DNA of 64,000 nt from Escherichia coli (GCF_965641715.1 NZ_OZ282453.1), one strand, 5' to 3'. Positions 7,999-18,731 are shown, numbered from the stretch's first letter. Numbers and translations: made by a program. The notes: generated by a model from the sequence alone, not told the origin.

Positions 7999-10671
7999 TT
8001 AACCCGGCACCTCGCTGTTGAAGACATAGAGCCTGCGGGGATTCATCTCTGGCGGGCGAATGGTTGTCTGGAGTTTGCCATCAGTGGAGGGCAGCAGGTA
8101 TCCACGATCTGCGCACAGACGCGCCACCTTGCGCGGGTCAAATCCCCTGCAGATTTCTTTCCAGCCGGACGGCATGACATAAAACGTAGTGACAGCTTCC
8201 GTGCCCTGCGCGGTACTGCCTTTCTCCACCCTGCGCCAGCCCACCATATTGGCGGGGCGGTTGCGCTCGTCATACCAGTCTGCAAAGCGGCTGTACTGAT
8301 TCGCGGTAAAGAAACTGCGAACCTGCTCCAGTGCGGCGATATCTTCCTGATTGGCGGTGTGCCCGCGCTCTTTCAGCCATGCGTTCAGGCAGACGCGGGT
8401 TGCCCGCAATGCTTCACCCTCAGGCCAGCCGGTGATACCCTGACGGGTTGCCAGTTCACCTGCCATCGCCACCAGTGCAAAGCGGTTCACAGCCCGGCCC
8501 ACCTGATTGCCTGCATCTTTCGGAGTCAGGGCGGCAGCATATTCCTTCATCAGCGATTTTGCCTGTGCCGTTAGTCCGTTAAGATCAGCGGTCAGTGCTT
8601 TCAGCCACTCCCGGAACGGCGAACCGTAGTAGCAGGACGTGGCCCATTCAAGATGCTCTGCCAGAGCCTTGCCGCTGTCGAAGCCGTGCAGCTCCTCAAA
8701 AACGCCAAACTTCCCGGAATCGCTGGGGATCTGGATCATCCTGACTTCCATCCCGGCAAAAGTACGCTCACCGGCCTTTGCCGCATGTTCGGTCAGAGAT
8801 AACTCGCCAGTTGAAAAGAACAACAGGCGCCACTGCTTACGGGTACGCAGTTCACCGTCCGTACCGGCACGACCCTTGCCCTGACCGTTTGCCAGCATGT
8901 AGGCGATATTGCCTGCCTCGCGTCCGTCAACTTCCCGGATCTCATCAAGCATCATGGCGGCATCGTTGCGGCGGCTGGCACATCCCTCCAGCGCGTTGCC
9001 GGTGGCCCGCCATGTCTGCCAGTAGTCAGGCCCGCCGCAGACGGAGGTTGCCGCTTTCATGGTGGTGGTCTTACCGTCTGTCGATTCCCCTTTGAGGTGG
9101 TAGCCGCCGCCGTCCATACCAACCAGCCGTAACAGTGGTGCAGCAAAGGCCAGGCTGACAGCAAATGCCACGCGGGAGTTGCCGGTACAGTAGCGGGATA
9201 CGTTCTCCCGCCATTCCTCTGTTGTGCCCGACACGCGGAAATCACGCCCCTGCACGGAAGTGGTCTGGAGAATGACACCCTCTGCACCTTCACCGCTGAC
9301 CTCATCCTGCAGGACGTAAACCTGACCATGCCAGCCAGTACGGCTGACGCAGGTCACGCGACGTTCCGGTTTACACAGTGAGATATATTCCATCAGGCGT
9401 GCGCGTGCCTCACCGGTGGTGCTGATATAAGACAGCCCGTTAACAAGCAGTACCCGGCGCAGTTCCTCACCACTGCCGCTCAGCATTTCCATCGGCATCG
9501 CCCAGCGGCGACGCTCACCCCACGTATCTTCCCATTCCAGCAGTCGTCCGAAGTTACCGCCATCGGCATCGCAGGTGATTGCCGTCACGCGCAGCGGGCT
9601 GCATATTTTGACGTTCTGGATCTCCGTCTCACCGTTGCGCTGTACCTGCTTTTCATACCAGAGATATTCCTGGGTAAGACGGAACCCGTGCGGCAGTTGC
9701 GTGCGGCCTTCCCCGCACAGTACCAGACCGTTGCGAAAGGCTTCACGGGCACGGGTAATACCGTGCTCCCGATGAAAGTCATTCCAGTCAGCCTTAATCT
9801 CTCCTGGTGGCAGCGTCATCCAGCCGCCAACAGCTTTTGCCGCCCGTTCAGCAAAGGCTCTGCCGGGATTCTCCCCCCCGTCCTGAAAATCGTTATCACC
9901 GGCGATGATAATTTTTACCTCAGGCCAGCGTGCCCGCAGCGACTGCGCCACATTGGGCAGGTTGCCCGCAGATATGGCAGCCACTACGCATCCGGCAGTG
10001 AGCTGGCTTACCGTCAGCGCCGTAGCGTAACCTTCGGTAATCACCACCTGTACCGGTGGTTCAGACGGTAACGGGCTGAGCGACACAAACGCGCCTTTCA
10101 TCGTGCTGCCGGGCAGTATGCTTTTTTCACCCGTCGGGGCGATAAGCTGTGCACCGGTCACGGCTCCGGTGTTGGTCGTGAGTGGTAACAGCAGGGAACC
10201 AGCAGGAAAATCCTTACCGCTGATATGCTGCACGCTTCCGGTCAGAGAGGCCGGGTATCCGGCGAACCCTTTTCCTGCCAGATAGGCACTTTCTCCCGTG
10301 TGGCTCTCTTTCATCAGCGTCGCCACGGTAAGGCTCATGTCGCGTTTAGGGGCTTTTTGTCTGGCAGGCTTAACAGGCAGTTCCTGCACATCCGGCACAT
10401 TAAGCACCTGCGCCACCTGCTGCGCAGCCTTTCTGACGTTGTAGCCGGTTACGAGCTTAACCAGATCCAGACCGTCACCATTGCCACACTGGCTGCAGAT
10501 CCACGTCCCGCGCCCGTCAAGGTCATCGAGGCGAAAACGATCCTTGCCCCCACATTTCGGGCAGGGACCGTGCCTGCCGTTTTCAGGTACATCAATACGC
10601 AGCATATGCAGAATAACGGGCCATTTCCCCCGCGCGGCGGCTGAAATCTGCGTAACCGTCTGTATTGTCAT
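7999..10671 (-). CDS. P4 alpha-like primase/helicase (zinc finger + toprim + D5-type NTPase)
   Basis: N-terminal CPKCGG...CSQCG, Walker A GESTDGKTT, 890 aa. Confidence 0.8.
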   Translation of the reverse strand: MTIQTVTQISAAARGKWPVILHMLRIDVPENGRHGPCPKCGGKDRFRLDDLDGRGTWICSQCGNGDGLDLVKLVTGYNVRKAAQQVAQVLNVPDVQELPVKPARQKAPKRDMSLTVATLMKESHTGESAYLAGKGFAGYPASLTGSVQHISGKDFPAGSLLLPLTTNTGAVTGAQLIAPTGEKSILPGSTMKGAFVSLSPLPSEPPVQVVITEGYATALTVSQLTAGCVVAAISAGNLPNVAQSLRARWPEVKIIIAGDNDFQDGGENPGRAFAERAAKAVGGWMTLPPGEIKADWNDFHREHGITRAREAFRNGLVLCGEGRTQLPHGFRLTQEYLWYEKQVQRNGETEIQNVKICSPLRVTAITCDADGGNFGRLLEWEDTWGERRRWAMPMEMLSGSGEELRRVLLVNGLSYISTTGEARARLMEYISLCKPERRVTCVSRTGWHGQVYVLQDEVSGEGAEGVILQTTSVQGRDFRVSGTTEEWRENVSRYCTGNSRVAFAVSLAFAAPLLRLVGMDGGGYHLKGESTDGKTTTMKAATSVCGGPDYWQTWRATGNALEGCASRRNDAAMMLDEIREVDGREAGNIAYMLANGQGKGRAGTDGELRTRKQWRLLFFSTGELSLTEHAAKAGERTFAGMEVRMIQIPSDSGKFGVFEELHGFDSGKALAEHLEWATSCYYGSPFREWLKALTADLNGLTAQAKSLMKEYAAALTPKDAGNQVGRAVNRFALVAMAGELATRQGITGWPEGEALRATRVCLNAWLKERGHTANQEDIAALEQVRSFFTANQYSRFADWYDERNRPANMVGWRRVEKGSTAQGTEAVTTFYVMPSGWKEICRGFDPRKVARLCADRGYLLPSTDGKLQTTIRPPEMNPRRLYVFNSEVPG

Positions 10672-11051
10672 ACTTCCCCCTGATACAACGTCACACCAGT
10701 ACTGCAGAAGTCATCAAAGGTCGCCGGAAGCGTGCGGTACATCTCCGCCATTACTTCACAGCCGCGCGCGGTCAGTACCGGCGGCGCGGTCAGCAGTGAC
10801 GGCTCCAGCATGTCAGTCAGCAGTGCCAGCGCGGCAGCGGCGCCCTGTGCTTCGCCGTACTCGTTAATCAGTGCGCACTCGATATGCAGCGCAATGGCCA
10901 TTTCAATACGCTCCACCGTCAGGCTGTGCGGACCATACTGATCACTGCCAGTTTCGTTCAGCATTTTCTGCCGCCATGCTGAAGCAATAGCCCGCCGGTA
11001 AAGCGCGGTTGTCATTTCTGCCGGGAAAATGGAAACCTGCGGCTGGTTCAT
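10668..11051 (-). CDS. hypothetical satellite protein
   Basis: ORF translationally coupled (4-nt overlap) to primase gene. Confidence 0.4.
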   Translation of the reverse strand: MNQPQVSIFPAEMTTALYRRAIASAWRQKMLNETGSDQYGPHSLTVERIEMAIALHIECALINEYGEAQGAAAALALLTDMLEPSLLTAPPVLTARGCEVMAEMYRTLPATFDDFCSTGVTLYQGEV

Positions 11052-11332
11052 CTGGCACCTCCTTCAATCAGTGCACAGCTGTGCGCAATATCCGTCAAAT
11101 CTGCCCGCAGGTACTCCATCAGCGCGGCGACACCATGCGCACAGCCAGCGTCCAGTGCTCCGGCCTGAGACGGGTATTCAGAAAAGAGAAGCTGGAGCAT
11201 GTCGCAGGCATTTCTTGCGCGGGTCAGCTTTCCGAAACTGTCCTCTGACAACCCATAGGCAAAAGCACCGGTATTGTGTTTTTCAGGCAAAGTGTGGCCC
11301 TGAGCACCGTTGTGCCCGTTTGAAATATTCAT
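11048..11332 (-). CDS. hypothetical satellite protein
   Basis: ORF coupled by 4-nt overlap to downstream gene. Confidence 0.35.
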   Translation of the reverse strand: MNISNGHNGAQGHTLPEKHNTGAFAYGLSEDSFGKLTRARNACDMLQLLFSEYPSQAGALDAGCAHGVAALMEYLRADLTDIAHSCALIEGGAR

Positions 11333-11363
11333 CGTGGATTACTCCGTTTTCAGCGGTATTTTG

Positions 11364-11724
11364 TCAGAGAAACTTTGAATAGTGACCGTCGTCAGGCTCA
11401 GCAGAACGCCGTATGCTACGCTCCCGCCAGCGGATAAATAGCACAGACGGATGCAGTGTCAGCGGGCCGGAACCACTACCGCCTGCAGGAGCTGGTGCAG
11501 GCTTAAAGAGCGGTACATCAAACAGGCGCGTATACCGCTGTTCAAACCATGCCAGAGGGCAGGAAGAAAGCTGGTTGTCGCTGTCATGACGTATCAGCAC
11601 TTCACAGCTGAATTCAGGATTAACCAGCGCCACAGAGGGCGAGGCTTCAATTAATCGGATAATCGTGACCGTCCAGCCACGTTCATGCTGCCAGCGTTCG
11701 CCGGGGTGCGGATAATTACGCATG
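11364..11724 (-). CDS. hypothetical satellite protein (start MRNYPHPG at 11724)
   Basis: start ATG overlaps stop of upstream small ORF (ATGCGTAA). Confidence 0.35.
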
Positions 11725-11892
11725 TTCACCTCCGCAGGGAATGCGCCCGGCAAAGCTCAGTACATAATCCGGGGCAAGTCTTCGCCGCGCTGACCGCTCG
11801 TTATCTGCGGTGATCCTTAACATCACAGGACGGGCATTGCGTTGACTGCGGTTGATCGCCGCAAATAACCAGGTACACTTCTGTTTAGCCAT
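11716..11892 (-). CDS. small protein, possibly host cell division inhibitor Icd-like (58 aa)
   Basis: hand-translated MAKQKCTWLFAAINRSQRNARPVMLRITADNERSARRRLAPDYVLSFAGRIPCGGEHA; below the 60-aa cutoff of the ORF track. Confidence 0.35.
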   Translation of the reverse strand: MAKQKCTWLFAAINRSQRNARPVMLRITADNERSARRRLAPDYVLSFAGRIPCGGEHA

Positions 11893-11983
11893 CTTCGTTA
11901 CCTCTTATAACGGTTGGTTAAATGCCCGATTTGTGTTCCCGCACAATCGGGCATTGCTTTTACAAGCGAACTATACTTACAAT

Positions 11984-12027
11984 GGTAATTACCATGTAGT
12001 CATCATATTCCAGGGTAATTACCATGT
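11984..12027. promoter_or_regulatory. Tandem operator-like repeats GGTAATTACCATGT (each containing palindrome GGTAATTACC), 30 bp apart
   Basis: copies at 11984-11997 and 12014-12027; second overlaps the ATG of the small + strand ORF. Confidence 0.45.
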
Positions 12028-12197
12028 CAACACCACAAGAGAAACGTTCCCCACCATTCCAAATGCGTCTTACCGACGATTTTAGGTTGCAACTCGAAAA
12101 AGAAATGCGCAAAGATGGAGATAGCGCGTTGGCAACTTGGATTAAAAGAATTTTACGTAAAGAACTACAATCACGCGGGATTGACCCTAAAGGTTAA
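12024..12197 (+). CDS. small ribbon-helix-helix-like DNA-binding protein (57 aa)
   Basis: hand-translated MSTPQEKRSPPFQMRLTDDFRLQLEKEMRKDGDSALATWIKRILRKELQSRGIDPKG; strand-helix-helix pattern; only + strand gene in the satellite. Confidence 0.4.
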   Translation: MSTPQEKRSPPFQMRLTDDFRLQLEKEMRKDGDSALATWIKRILRKELQSRGIDPKG

Positions 12198-12229
12198 TCA
12201 GTTAAATATTACTAACTATCAATTAAGGC

Positions 12230-12520
12230 TTAGGGAGTAGGTGATAATCTATTCCCTTTATTAATTGCTCTTGCCTTATTTCTCATCCCCTCAAACTGTT
12301 GACCTGAGTTTTCTTCAAACCCATCTCGCCACTTATAATAATCAGCAGCGCGCCATCGGGACATCCGACCTATTTTTATAGGTTTTGGAAAGCGATTCAG
12401 AGAAATCAATCGATAAATCCATTTGTCACTTAATAAACAATCGGAAGTAATAAACTTCATATCGATCAGAGAATCCATTGAAGGTCGTTGCAAAGTAGTA
12501 TTATCATGTTTAGATAACAT
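12230..12520 (-). CDS. alpA: AlpA-family phage transcriptional regulator
   Basis: KFITSDCLLSDKWIYRLISLNRFPKPIKIGRMSRWRAADYYKWRDGF matches AlpA-type HTH proteins. Confidence 0.7.
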   Translation of the reverse strand: MLSKHDNTTLQRPSMDSLIDMKFITSDCLLSDKWIYRLISLNRFPKPIKIGRMSRWRAADYYKWRDGFEENSGQQFEGMRNKARAINKGNRLSPTP

Positions 12521-12645
12521 TCATCATTCTCCGTTTATCTAAGTCTATTGGCTTCAACACGGAAAATTAAAACATAGGTTATAAATGAGAAAAATGTGAC
12601 TAATGAAAAAAATCCAAAATCATTAGTCACAATAATTGTTAACAT

Positions 12646-13470
12646 TTAGTTAAACTTAATGTTTTTCATGCAACTACGTAGCAAGCTAACAACAGTATCA
12701 TAGCTCAAAGGTGGTTCTCCGGTCTTAGGCCAGAACTCACTGGCATGTTGAAAAAGATAATCAGCTATCGCTGCTGGACTCTCTCTTCTTAGCCTCATAT
12801 CACGATGATAGAGCGAAATAATAGCCATGAGTATTTCAGTTCGAGGAACAGCATGTTTTTGTTTTTGCGCCTCAGATTGTGATTTATATTTATTGGCGTT
12901 TTTTATCCGTTTTTGTTCGCATAAGACTATATCAATGAATTTTTGAATCTGTACCTTTGTAATCCACAAAACCTCAAAAAGATAATAATTTTCTTTTTCA
13001 TCATAATTTACATAAAGAATTACCTTACAATTTATATTAGGCGTACCCGCCAGTAGAAAATGAATAGGCCAGGAATCCGGTTGCCCCTCATGCTTAACTA
13101 ACAGATCTTTATATTCATAATCAACAGCCCATAAACCGGATATAAAGCATCGAATAAAACCATTTTTATCAATTAAATTATTTTCATCAGGGATTCTTAT
13201 AGAGCTTAAGTCTGACAACATAATATTGCCATTTCTATCTCGTGGTAAATATTTCAGATTAGATAAGAACTCATCCAGTTGACCATCAATCTTCAAACCA
13301 CATGAAACATCATACTCATCATCATGGAATTCCATGCATAGCTCTACATCTCGTTCTCTGGCAAACCAGAGTATATCCTTTTCACTACAACCAATTTTTT
13401 CTGAAGCTTCATCCAACTGGTAGTAATCTCTGAGCAGAGAATCAGTATTATTAATTTTTAAAATATTCAT
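12646..13470 (-). CDS. hypothetical AT-rich protein of unknown function, translationally coupled to integrase
   Basis: 274 aa; ATGA start/stop overlap with int; low GC relative to flanks; no motif recognised. Confidence 0.4.
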   Translation of the reverse strand: MNILKINNTDSLLRDYYQLDEASEKIGCSEKDILWFARERDVELCMEFHDDEYDVSCGLKIDGQLDEFLSNLKYLPRDRNGNIMLSDLSSIRIPDENNLIDKNGFIRCFISGLWAVDYEYKDLLVKHEGQPDSWPIHFLLAGTPNINCKVILYVNYDEKENYYLFEVLWITKVQIQKFIDIVLCEQKRIKNANKYKSQSEAQKQKHAVPRTEILMAIISLYHRDMRLRRESPAAIADYLFQHASEFWPKTGEPPLSYDTVVSLLRSCMKNIKFN

Positions 13471-14726
13471 TTATGAGTACCAATTAGCTCAGATAAATAA
13501 TTAGCATACCATTGCATCATTTCTCTTCTCCCTTCGAGATATTGGGCATGGTTATAAATTCCACGAATAGAGTTTTTGTCCGAATGAGCAAGCTGGGTTT
13601 CAATCCAAGCGCTGTTAAATCCTTTCTCATGTAGAATTGTACTCATCGTATGCCTGAAACCATGTCCCGTAACACGCCCTGCATATCCAATACGTTTAAA
13701 CACCTGATTGATGCTTGCTTCACTCATAAATTTGCTAGGATCGTTGCGTCCAGGGAACATCAGCGGGTAGTTCCCAGTTAGTTCTTTCAAACTTTTGAGA
13801 TGGGATAATGCTTGTTTTGGTAACGGGACAATATGGCTCCTACGCATTTTCATACGTTCTTTTGGGATCTCCCACACCGCATTATCAAAATCCACCTCTC
13901 GCCACTCACCTGCTCGTAGTTCTCCAGTTCGTAGACCTGTCAGGATAAGTAAATGCGCCCCCAACAATACAATTGGACTTCCTGAATAAGAATTAAGGGC
14001 ATTAAAGAACTCCGGTAGTTCGTTGGCTTTGAGGAATGGATAGTGGACTGCTTCATGTCCTTGCATCGCACTGGCAAGATCCGGTGCCGGATTGTAGATT
14101 GCCCTACCCGTTACGATGGCATAGCGAAAAACTTCACCGCATCGCTGACGGACTTTCTTCGCTTTCTCCATAGCGCCTCGAGCTTCTATCAACCTCAGAA
14201 CTTCAAGCAGTTCAAGGGGCTGAATATCAGCTATAGGTCTGTGCCCAATATGCGGAAAAATGTCTTTCTCAAATGCCTCAATGATGTCGGAAGCATAGCC
14301 CTCAGACCATTTGGATGATTTCATTTTGTGCCACTCTAACGCCACTTCTCTGAATGGGTTAAGTGTCTCAATCGCTGCGTTTAAAGCCTGCTTTTTGGCT
14401 TTTTTGACTTCGCCGGGATCTTCACCTGCTGCGAGTAGTTTCTTTGCGTCTTCTCGTTTTTGTCTGGCATCAGCAAGTGTGACTGTTGGATAAACACCAA
14501 AGGACAATCGTTTCTCTTTACCAGCAAAACGGTATTTCATACGCCAGTAACGCGAGCCATTAGGTTCGACCTGAAGGTATAGGCCACCTCCATCAAACAG
14601 CTTATAGCTCTTCTCTTTTCCTTTCGCAGCTTCAACCTTGCGGGCATTCAGCATCATTGGGGGCACATTTCCTAGACCGAACAGAACATGCCCCTGATTG
14701 TGCCCCCAACCGCGTGTTGATTTCAA
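13467..14726 (-). CDS. int: P4-type tyrosine integrase (probable start at MLNARKV, 14654)
   Basis: KEKSYKLFDGGGLYLQVEPNGSRYWRMKYRFAGKEK N-terminus and C-terminal HGFRHT...Y catalytic region; adjacent to tRNA-Thr. Confidence 0.9.
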   Translation of the reverse strand: MKSTRGWGHNQGHVLFGLGNVPPMMLNARKVEAAKGKEKSYKLFDGGGLYLQVEPNGSRYWRMKYRFAGKEKRLSFGVYPTVTLADARQKREDAKKLLAAGEDPGEVKKAKKQALNAAIETLNPFREVALEWHKMKSSKWSEGYASDIIEAFEKDIFPHIGHRPIADIQPLELLEVLRLIEARGAMEKAKKVRQRCGEVFRYAIVTGRAIYNPAPDLASAMQGHEAVHYPFLKANELPEFFNALNSYSGSPIVLLGAHLLILTGLRTGELRAGEWREVDFDNAVWEIPKERMKMRRSHIVPLPKQALSHLKSLKELTGNYPLMFPGRNDPSKFMSEASINQVFKRIGYAGRVTGHGFRHTMSTILHEKGFNSAWIETQLAHSDKNSIRGIYNHAQYLEGRREMMQWYANYLSELIGTHK

Positions 14727-14820
14727 GAGACAAGGGTTGACCTCAAACGTATGAAAACAACGTAATATATATGTTTTTAAATGATTTTGTTGATGTGGGT
14801 TGACTTGGGAAAACTAGGTG

Positions 14821-14838
14821 ATGGTGCCGATAATAGGA
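14821..14838. repeat. attL core: 18 bp at thrW 3' end, repeated at 3194..3211
   Basis: exact 18-mer match. Confidence 0.6.
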
Positions 14839-14897
14839 GTCGAACCTACGACCTTCGCATTACGAATGCGCTGCTCTACCAACTGAGCTATATCGGC
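14822..14897 (-). tRNA. thrW: tRNA-Thr (anticodon CGU)
   Basis: reverse complement reads GCCGATATAGCTCAGTTGGTAGAGCAGCGCATTCGTAATGCGAAGGTCGTAGGTTCGACTCCTATTATCGGCACCA. Confidence 0.9.
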
Positions 14898-15011
14898 CCT
14901 GAAAGGACATGTTCACGAACGTGAATCACGGTGGACAAGGGTAAAACTAACCGGGCGATGCGTCAATGGCCTTGTGAATCAAATGGCTACTTTTGCATCA
15001 CCCGGTTTTAT

Positions 15012-16265
15012 TTACGCACGAATGGTGTAATCACCAATGCCGATCCACTTGTAAGTGGTCAGTGCTTCCAGCCCCATTGGGCCACGCGCGTGGAGTTTTT
15101 GTGTGCTTACCGCCACTTCCGCACCCAGTCCAAACTGGCCGCCGTCGGTAAAACGCGTAGAGGCGTTAACGTAAACAGCGGACGAATCCACTTCGTTAAC
15201 AAAACGCTGGGCGTTGCGCATATCGCGGGTCAGGATCGCATCGGAGTGTTGTGTGCCGTGTTCACGAATATGGGCGATGGCATCGTCAAGATCGCTGACG
15301 ATTTTGACGTTCAAATCTAATGACAGAAACTCATCGTCATACTCTTCGGCTTTAACCGCCACCACCTTCGCGGGGCCTGCCTGCAACTGTGTCAGCGCAG
15401 CTGCATCTGCGTGTACTGTCACGCCGCTTTCCGCCATTTGTTTGCTTAATGCGGGCAGGAAGCTATCGGCGATGTTTTTATTCACCAGCAACGTTTCTAC
15501 CGTATTACATGTGCTCGGACGCTGAGTTTTCGCGTTGACGATCACTTTTAATGCTTCAGCGATCTCTGCACTTTCATCAACGTAAATATGGCATACGCCT
15601 ATACCACCTGTGATCACCGGGATCGTCGACTGTTCGCGGCACAGTTTATGCAAACCAGCCCCGCCGCGCGGGATCAGCATGTCGATGTATTTATCCATAC
15701 GCAGCATTTCACTGACCAGCGCACGGTCAGGATTATCAATCGCCTGCACGGCACCCGCCGGTAAGCCACAGGATTTCAGGGCGTCCTGAATCACCGCCAC
15801 CGTTGCAGCGTTAGTGCGACAGGTTTCTTTGCCACCGCGCAGGATCACCGCGTTACCTGTTTTCAGGCACAGCGAAGCGACATCAACCGTCACGTTCGGG
15901 CGCGCTTCATAAATCACGCCAATAACCCCCAGCGGTACGCGACGACGCTCAAGACGCAGGCCGCTGTCCAGTACGCCGCCATCGATTACCTGCCCCACCG
16001 GATCGGCGAGGTTGCACACCTGGCGCACATCATCGGCAATGCCTTTCAGCCGTGCGGGCGTCAGTGCCAGACGGTCAAGCATCGCTTCGCTAAGGCCATT
16101 GGCACGCGCGTCAGCAACATCCTGGGCGTTAGCGTTGAGGATGATTTCGCTTTGTGCTTCCAGTTCATCGGCGATTTTTTCCAGCACGCGATTTTTTTCG
16201 CGGCTGGAGAGTTGCGCTAATTTATACGAGGCTTGCTTCGCGGCAATGCCCATTTGTTCCAGCAT
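15012..16265 (-). CDS. proA: gamma-glutamyl phosphate reductase
   Basis: full-length match to ProA. Confidence 0.95.
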   Translation of the reverse strand: MLEQMGIAAKQASYKLAQLSSREKNRVLEKIADELEAQSEIILNANAQDVADARANGLSEAMLDRLALTPARLKGIADDVRQVCNLADPVGQVIDGGVLDSGLRLERRRVPLGVIGVIYEARPNVTVDVASLCLKTGNAVILRGGKETCRTNAATVAVIQDALKSCGLPAGAVQAIDNPDRALVSEMLRMDKYIDMLIPRGGAGLHKLCREQSTIPVITGGIGVCHIYVDESAEIAEALKVIVNAKTQRPSTCNTVETLLVNKNIADSFLPALSKQMAESGVTVHADAAALTQLQAGPAKVVAVKAEEYDDEFLSLDLNVKIVSDLDDAIAHIREHGTQHSDAILTRDMRNAQRFVNEVDSSAVYVNASTRFTDGGQFGLGAEVAVSTQKLHARGPMGLEALTTYKWIGIGDYTIRA

Positions 16266-16276
16266 CGGCCAGCTCC

Positions 16277-17380
16277 TTAACGGGTAATCATGTCATCACG
16301 GTGAACGGCAACCGGGCCGTATTCATATCCCAGTATTGCATCAATTTCTTGCGAGTGGTGTCCGGCAATACGGCGTAATGCATCGCTGTTGTAACGACTG
16401 ACGCCGTGGGCGATATCGCGACCTTCGAGGTTACAAATGCGGATGACTTCACCACGCGAGAAATTGCCAGTCACGCTTTTAATGCCTTTCGGCAACAGGG
16501 AGCTGCCGCGTTCAAGAATGGCGGCAGTTGCCCCTTCATCTACCGTGATTTCACCCGCCGGCGGCGCACCGAAAATCCAGCGTTTACGGTTTTCAAGCGG
16601 AGTCGCCTGGGCATGGAACAGCGTACCGACGGAAATGCCTTCCATCACATCACCAATGACGCCCGGCTTGCTGCCCGCGGCAATAATGGTGTCGATACCC
16701 GCACGGCAAGCCACGTCCGCGGCCTGCAATTTGGTACTCATGCCGCCAGTTCCGAGGCCTGAAACGCTGTCACCGGCAATCGCGCGCAGTGCGTCATCAA
16801 TGCCGTAAACATCTTTAATCAGTTCTGCCTGCGGATTGCTGCGCGGGTCAGCGGTATACAAACCTTTTTGATCGGTCAGCAGCAACAGTTTATCGGCACC
16901 CGCCAGAATCGCCGCCAGCGCAGAAAGGTTGTCGTTATCGCCGACTTTAATCTCTGCCGTAGCGACAGCATCGTTCTCATTGATTACCGGAACGATATTG
17001 TTATCGAGCAACGCACGCAGGGTGTCGCGGGCGTTCAGGAAGCGTTCACGGTCTTCCATATCAGCACGAGTCAGCAGCATTTGCCCGACGTGAATGCCAT
17101 AAATCGAAAACAGCTGTTCCCACAGTTGAATCAGTCGACTCTGCCCTACCGCCGCCAGCAGTTGTTTCGAGGCGATAGTCGCTGGCAGTTCCGGGTAACC
17201 CAGGTGCTCACGTCCGGCGGCGATCGCGCCCGACGTCACAATAACAATCCGATGCCCGGCGGCATGTAACTGCGCGCACTGGCGAACAAGTTCAACGATA
17301 TGGGCACGGTTCAGACGGCGCGATCCGCCTGTTAGCACACTGGTGCCGAGTTTTACCACCAGCGTCTGGCTGTCACTCAT
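16277..17380 (-). CDS. proB: glutamate 5-kinase
   Basis: [19 protein letters not shown] start; ORF track extends upstream spuriously. Confidence 0.95.
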
Positions 17381-17568
17381 GATTCTCTGCCATTCAATTT
17401 TAGGAAAAATGATATCAAACGAACGTTTTAGCAGGACTGTCGTCGGTTGCCAACCATCTGCGAGCAAAGCATGGTGTTTTGTTGCGCGGGATCAGCAAGC
17501 CTAGCGGCAGTTGTTTACGCTTTTATTACAGATTTAATAAATTACCACATTTTAAGAATATTATTAAT

Positions 17569-17588
17569 CTGTAATATATCTTTAACAA
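17569..17588 (+). promoter_or_regulatory. Pho box (PhoB binding site) of phoE promoter
   Basis: ctgtaatatatctttaacaa ~80-100 bp upstream of phoE start. Confidence 0.5.
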
Positions 17589-17667
17589 TCTCAGGTTAAA
17601 AACTTTCCTGTTTTCAACGGGACTCTCCCGCTGAATATTCGCGCGTTAATTAAAATCAGGAATGAAA

Positions 17668-18723
17668 ATGAAAAAGAGCACTCTGGCATTAGTGGTGATG
17701 GGCATTGTGGCATCTGCATCCGTACAGGCCGCAGAAATATATAACAAAGACGGTAATAAACTGGATGTCTATGGCAAAGTTAAAGCCATGCATTATATGA
17801 GTGATAACGACAGTAAAGATGGCGACCAGAGTTATATCCGTTTTGGTTTTAAAGGCGAAACACAAATTAACGATCAACTGACTGGTTATGGTCGTTGGGA
17901 AGCAGAGTTTGCCGGTAATAAAGCAGAGAGTGATACTGCACAGCAAAAAACGCGTCTCGCTTTTGCCGGGTTGAAATATAAAGATTTGGGTTCTTTCGAC
18001 TATGGCCGTAACCTGGGCGCGTTGTATGACGTGGAAGCCTGGACCGATATGTTCCCGGAATTTGGTGGCGACTCCTCGGCGCAGACCGACAACTTTATGA
18101 CCAAACGCGCCAGCGGTCTGGCGACGTATCGGAACACCGACTTCTTCGGCGTTATCGATGGCCTGAACTTAACCCTGCAATATCAAGGGAAAAACGAAAA
18201 CCGCGACGTTAAAAAGCAAAACGGCGATGGCTTCGGCACGTCATTGACATATGACTTTGGCGGCAGCGATTTCGCCATTAGTGGGGCCTATACCAACTCA
18301 GATCGCACCAACGAGCAGAACCTGCAAAGCCGTGGCACAGGCAAGCGTGCAGAAGCATGGGCTACAGGTCTGAAATACGATGCCAATAATATTTATCTGG
18401 CAACTTTTTATTCTGAAACACGCAAAATGACGCCAATAACTGGCGGCTTTGCCAATAAGACACAGAACTTTGAAGCGGTCGCTCAATACCAGTTTGACTT
18501 TGGTCTGCGTCCATCGCTGGGTTATGTCTTATCGAAAGGGAAAGATATTGAAGGTATCGGTGATGAAGATATGGTCAATTATATCGATGTCGGGGCTACA
18601 TATTATTTCAACAAAAATATGTCAGCGTTTGTTGATTATAAAATCAACCAACTGGATAGCGATAACAAATTGAATATTAATAATGATGATATTGTCGCGG
18701 TTGGCATGACCTATCAGTTTTAA
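17668..18723 (+). CDS. phoE: phosphate-starvation outer membrane porin
   Basis: signal peptide [22 protein letters not shown]-terminal VGMTYQF. Confidence 0.95.
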   Translation: MKKSTLALVVMGIVASASVQAAEIYNKDGNKLDVYGKVKAMHYMSDNDSKDGDQSYIRFGFKGETQINDQLTGYGRWEAEFAGNKAESDTAQQKTRLAFAGLKYKDLGSFDYGRNLGALYDVEAWTDMFPEFGGDSSAQTDNFMTKRASGLATYRNTDFFGVIDGLNLTLQYQGKNENRDVKKQNGDGFGTSLTYDFGGSDFAISGAYTNSDRTNEQNLQSRGTGKRAEAWATGLKYDANNIYLATFYSETRKMTPITGGFANKTQNFEAVAQYQFDFGLRPSLGYVLSKGKDIEGIGDEDMVNYIDVGATYYFNKNMSAFVDYKINQLDSDNKLNINNDDIVAVGMTYQF

Positions 18724-18731
18724 TGATTATT

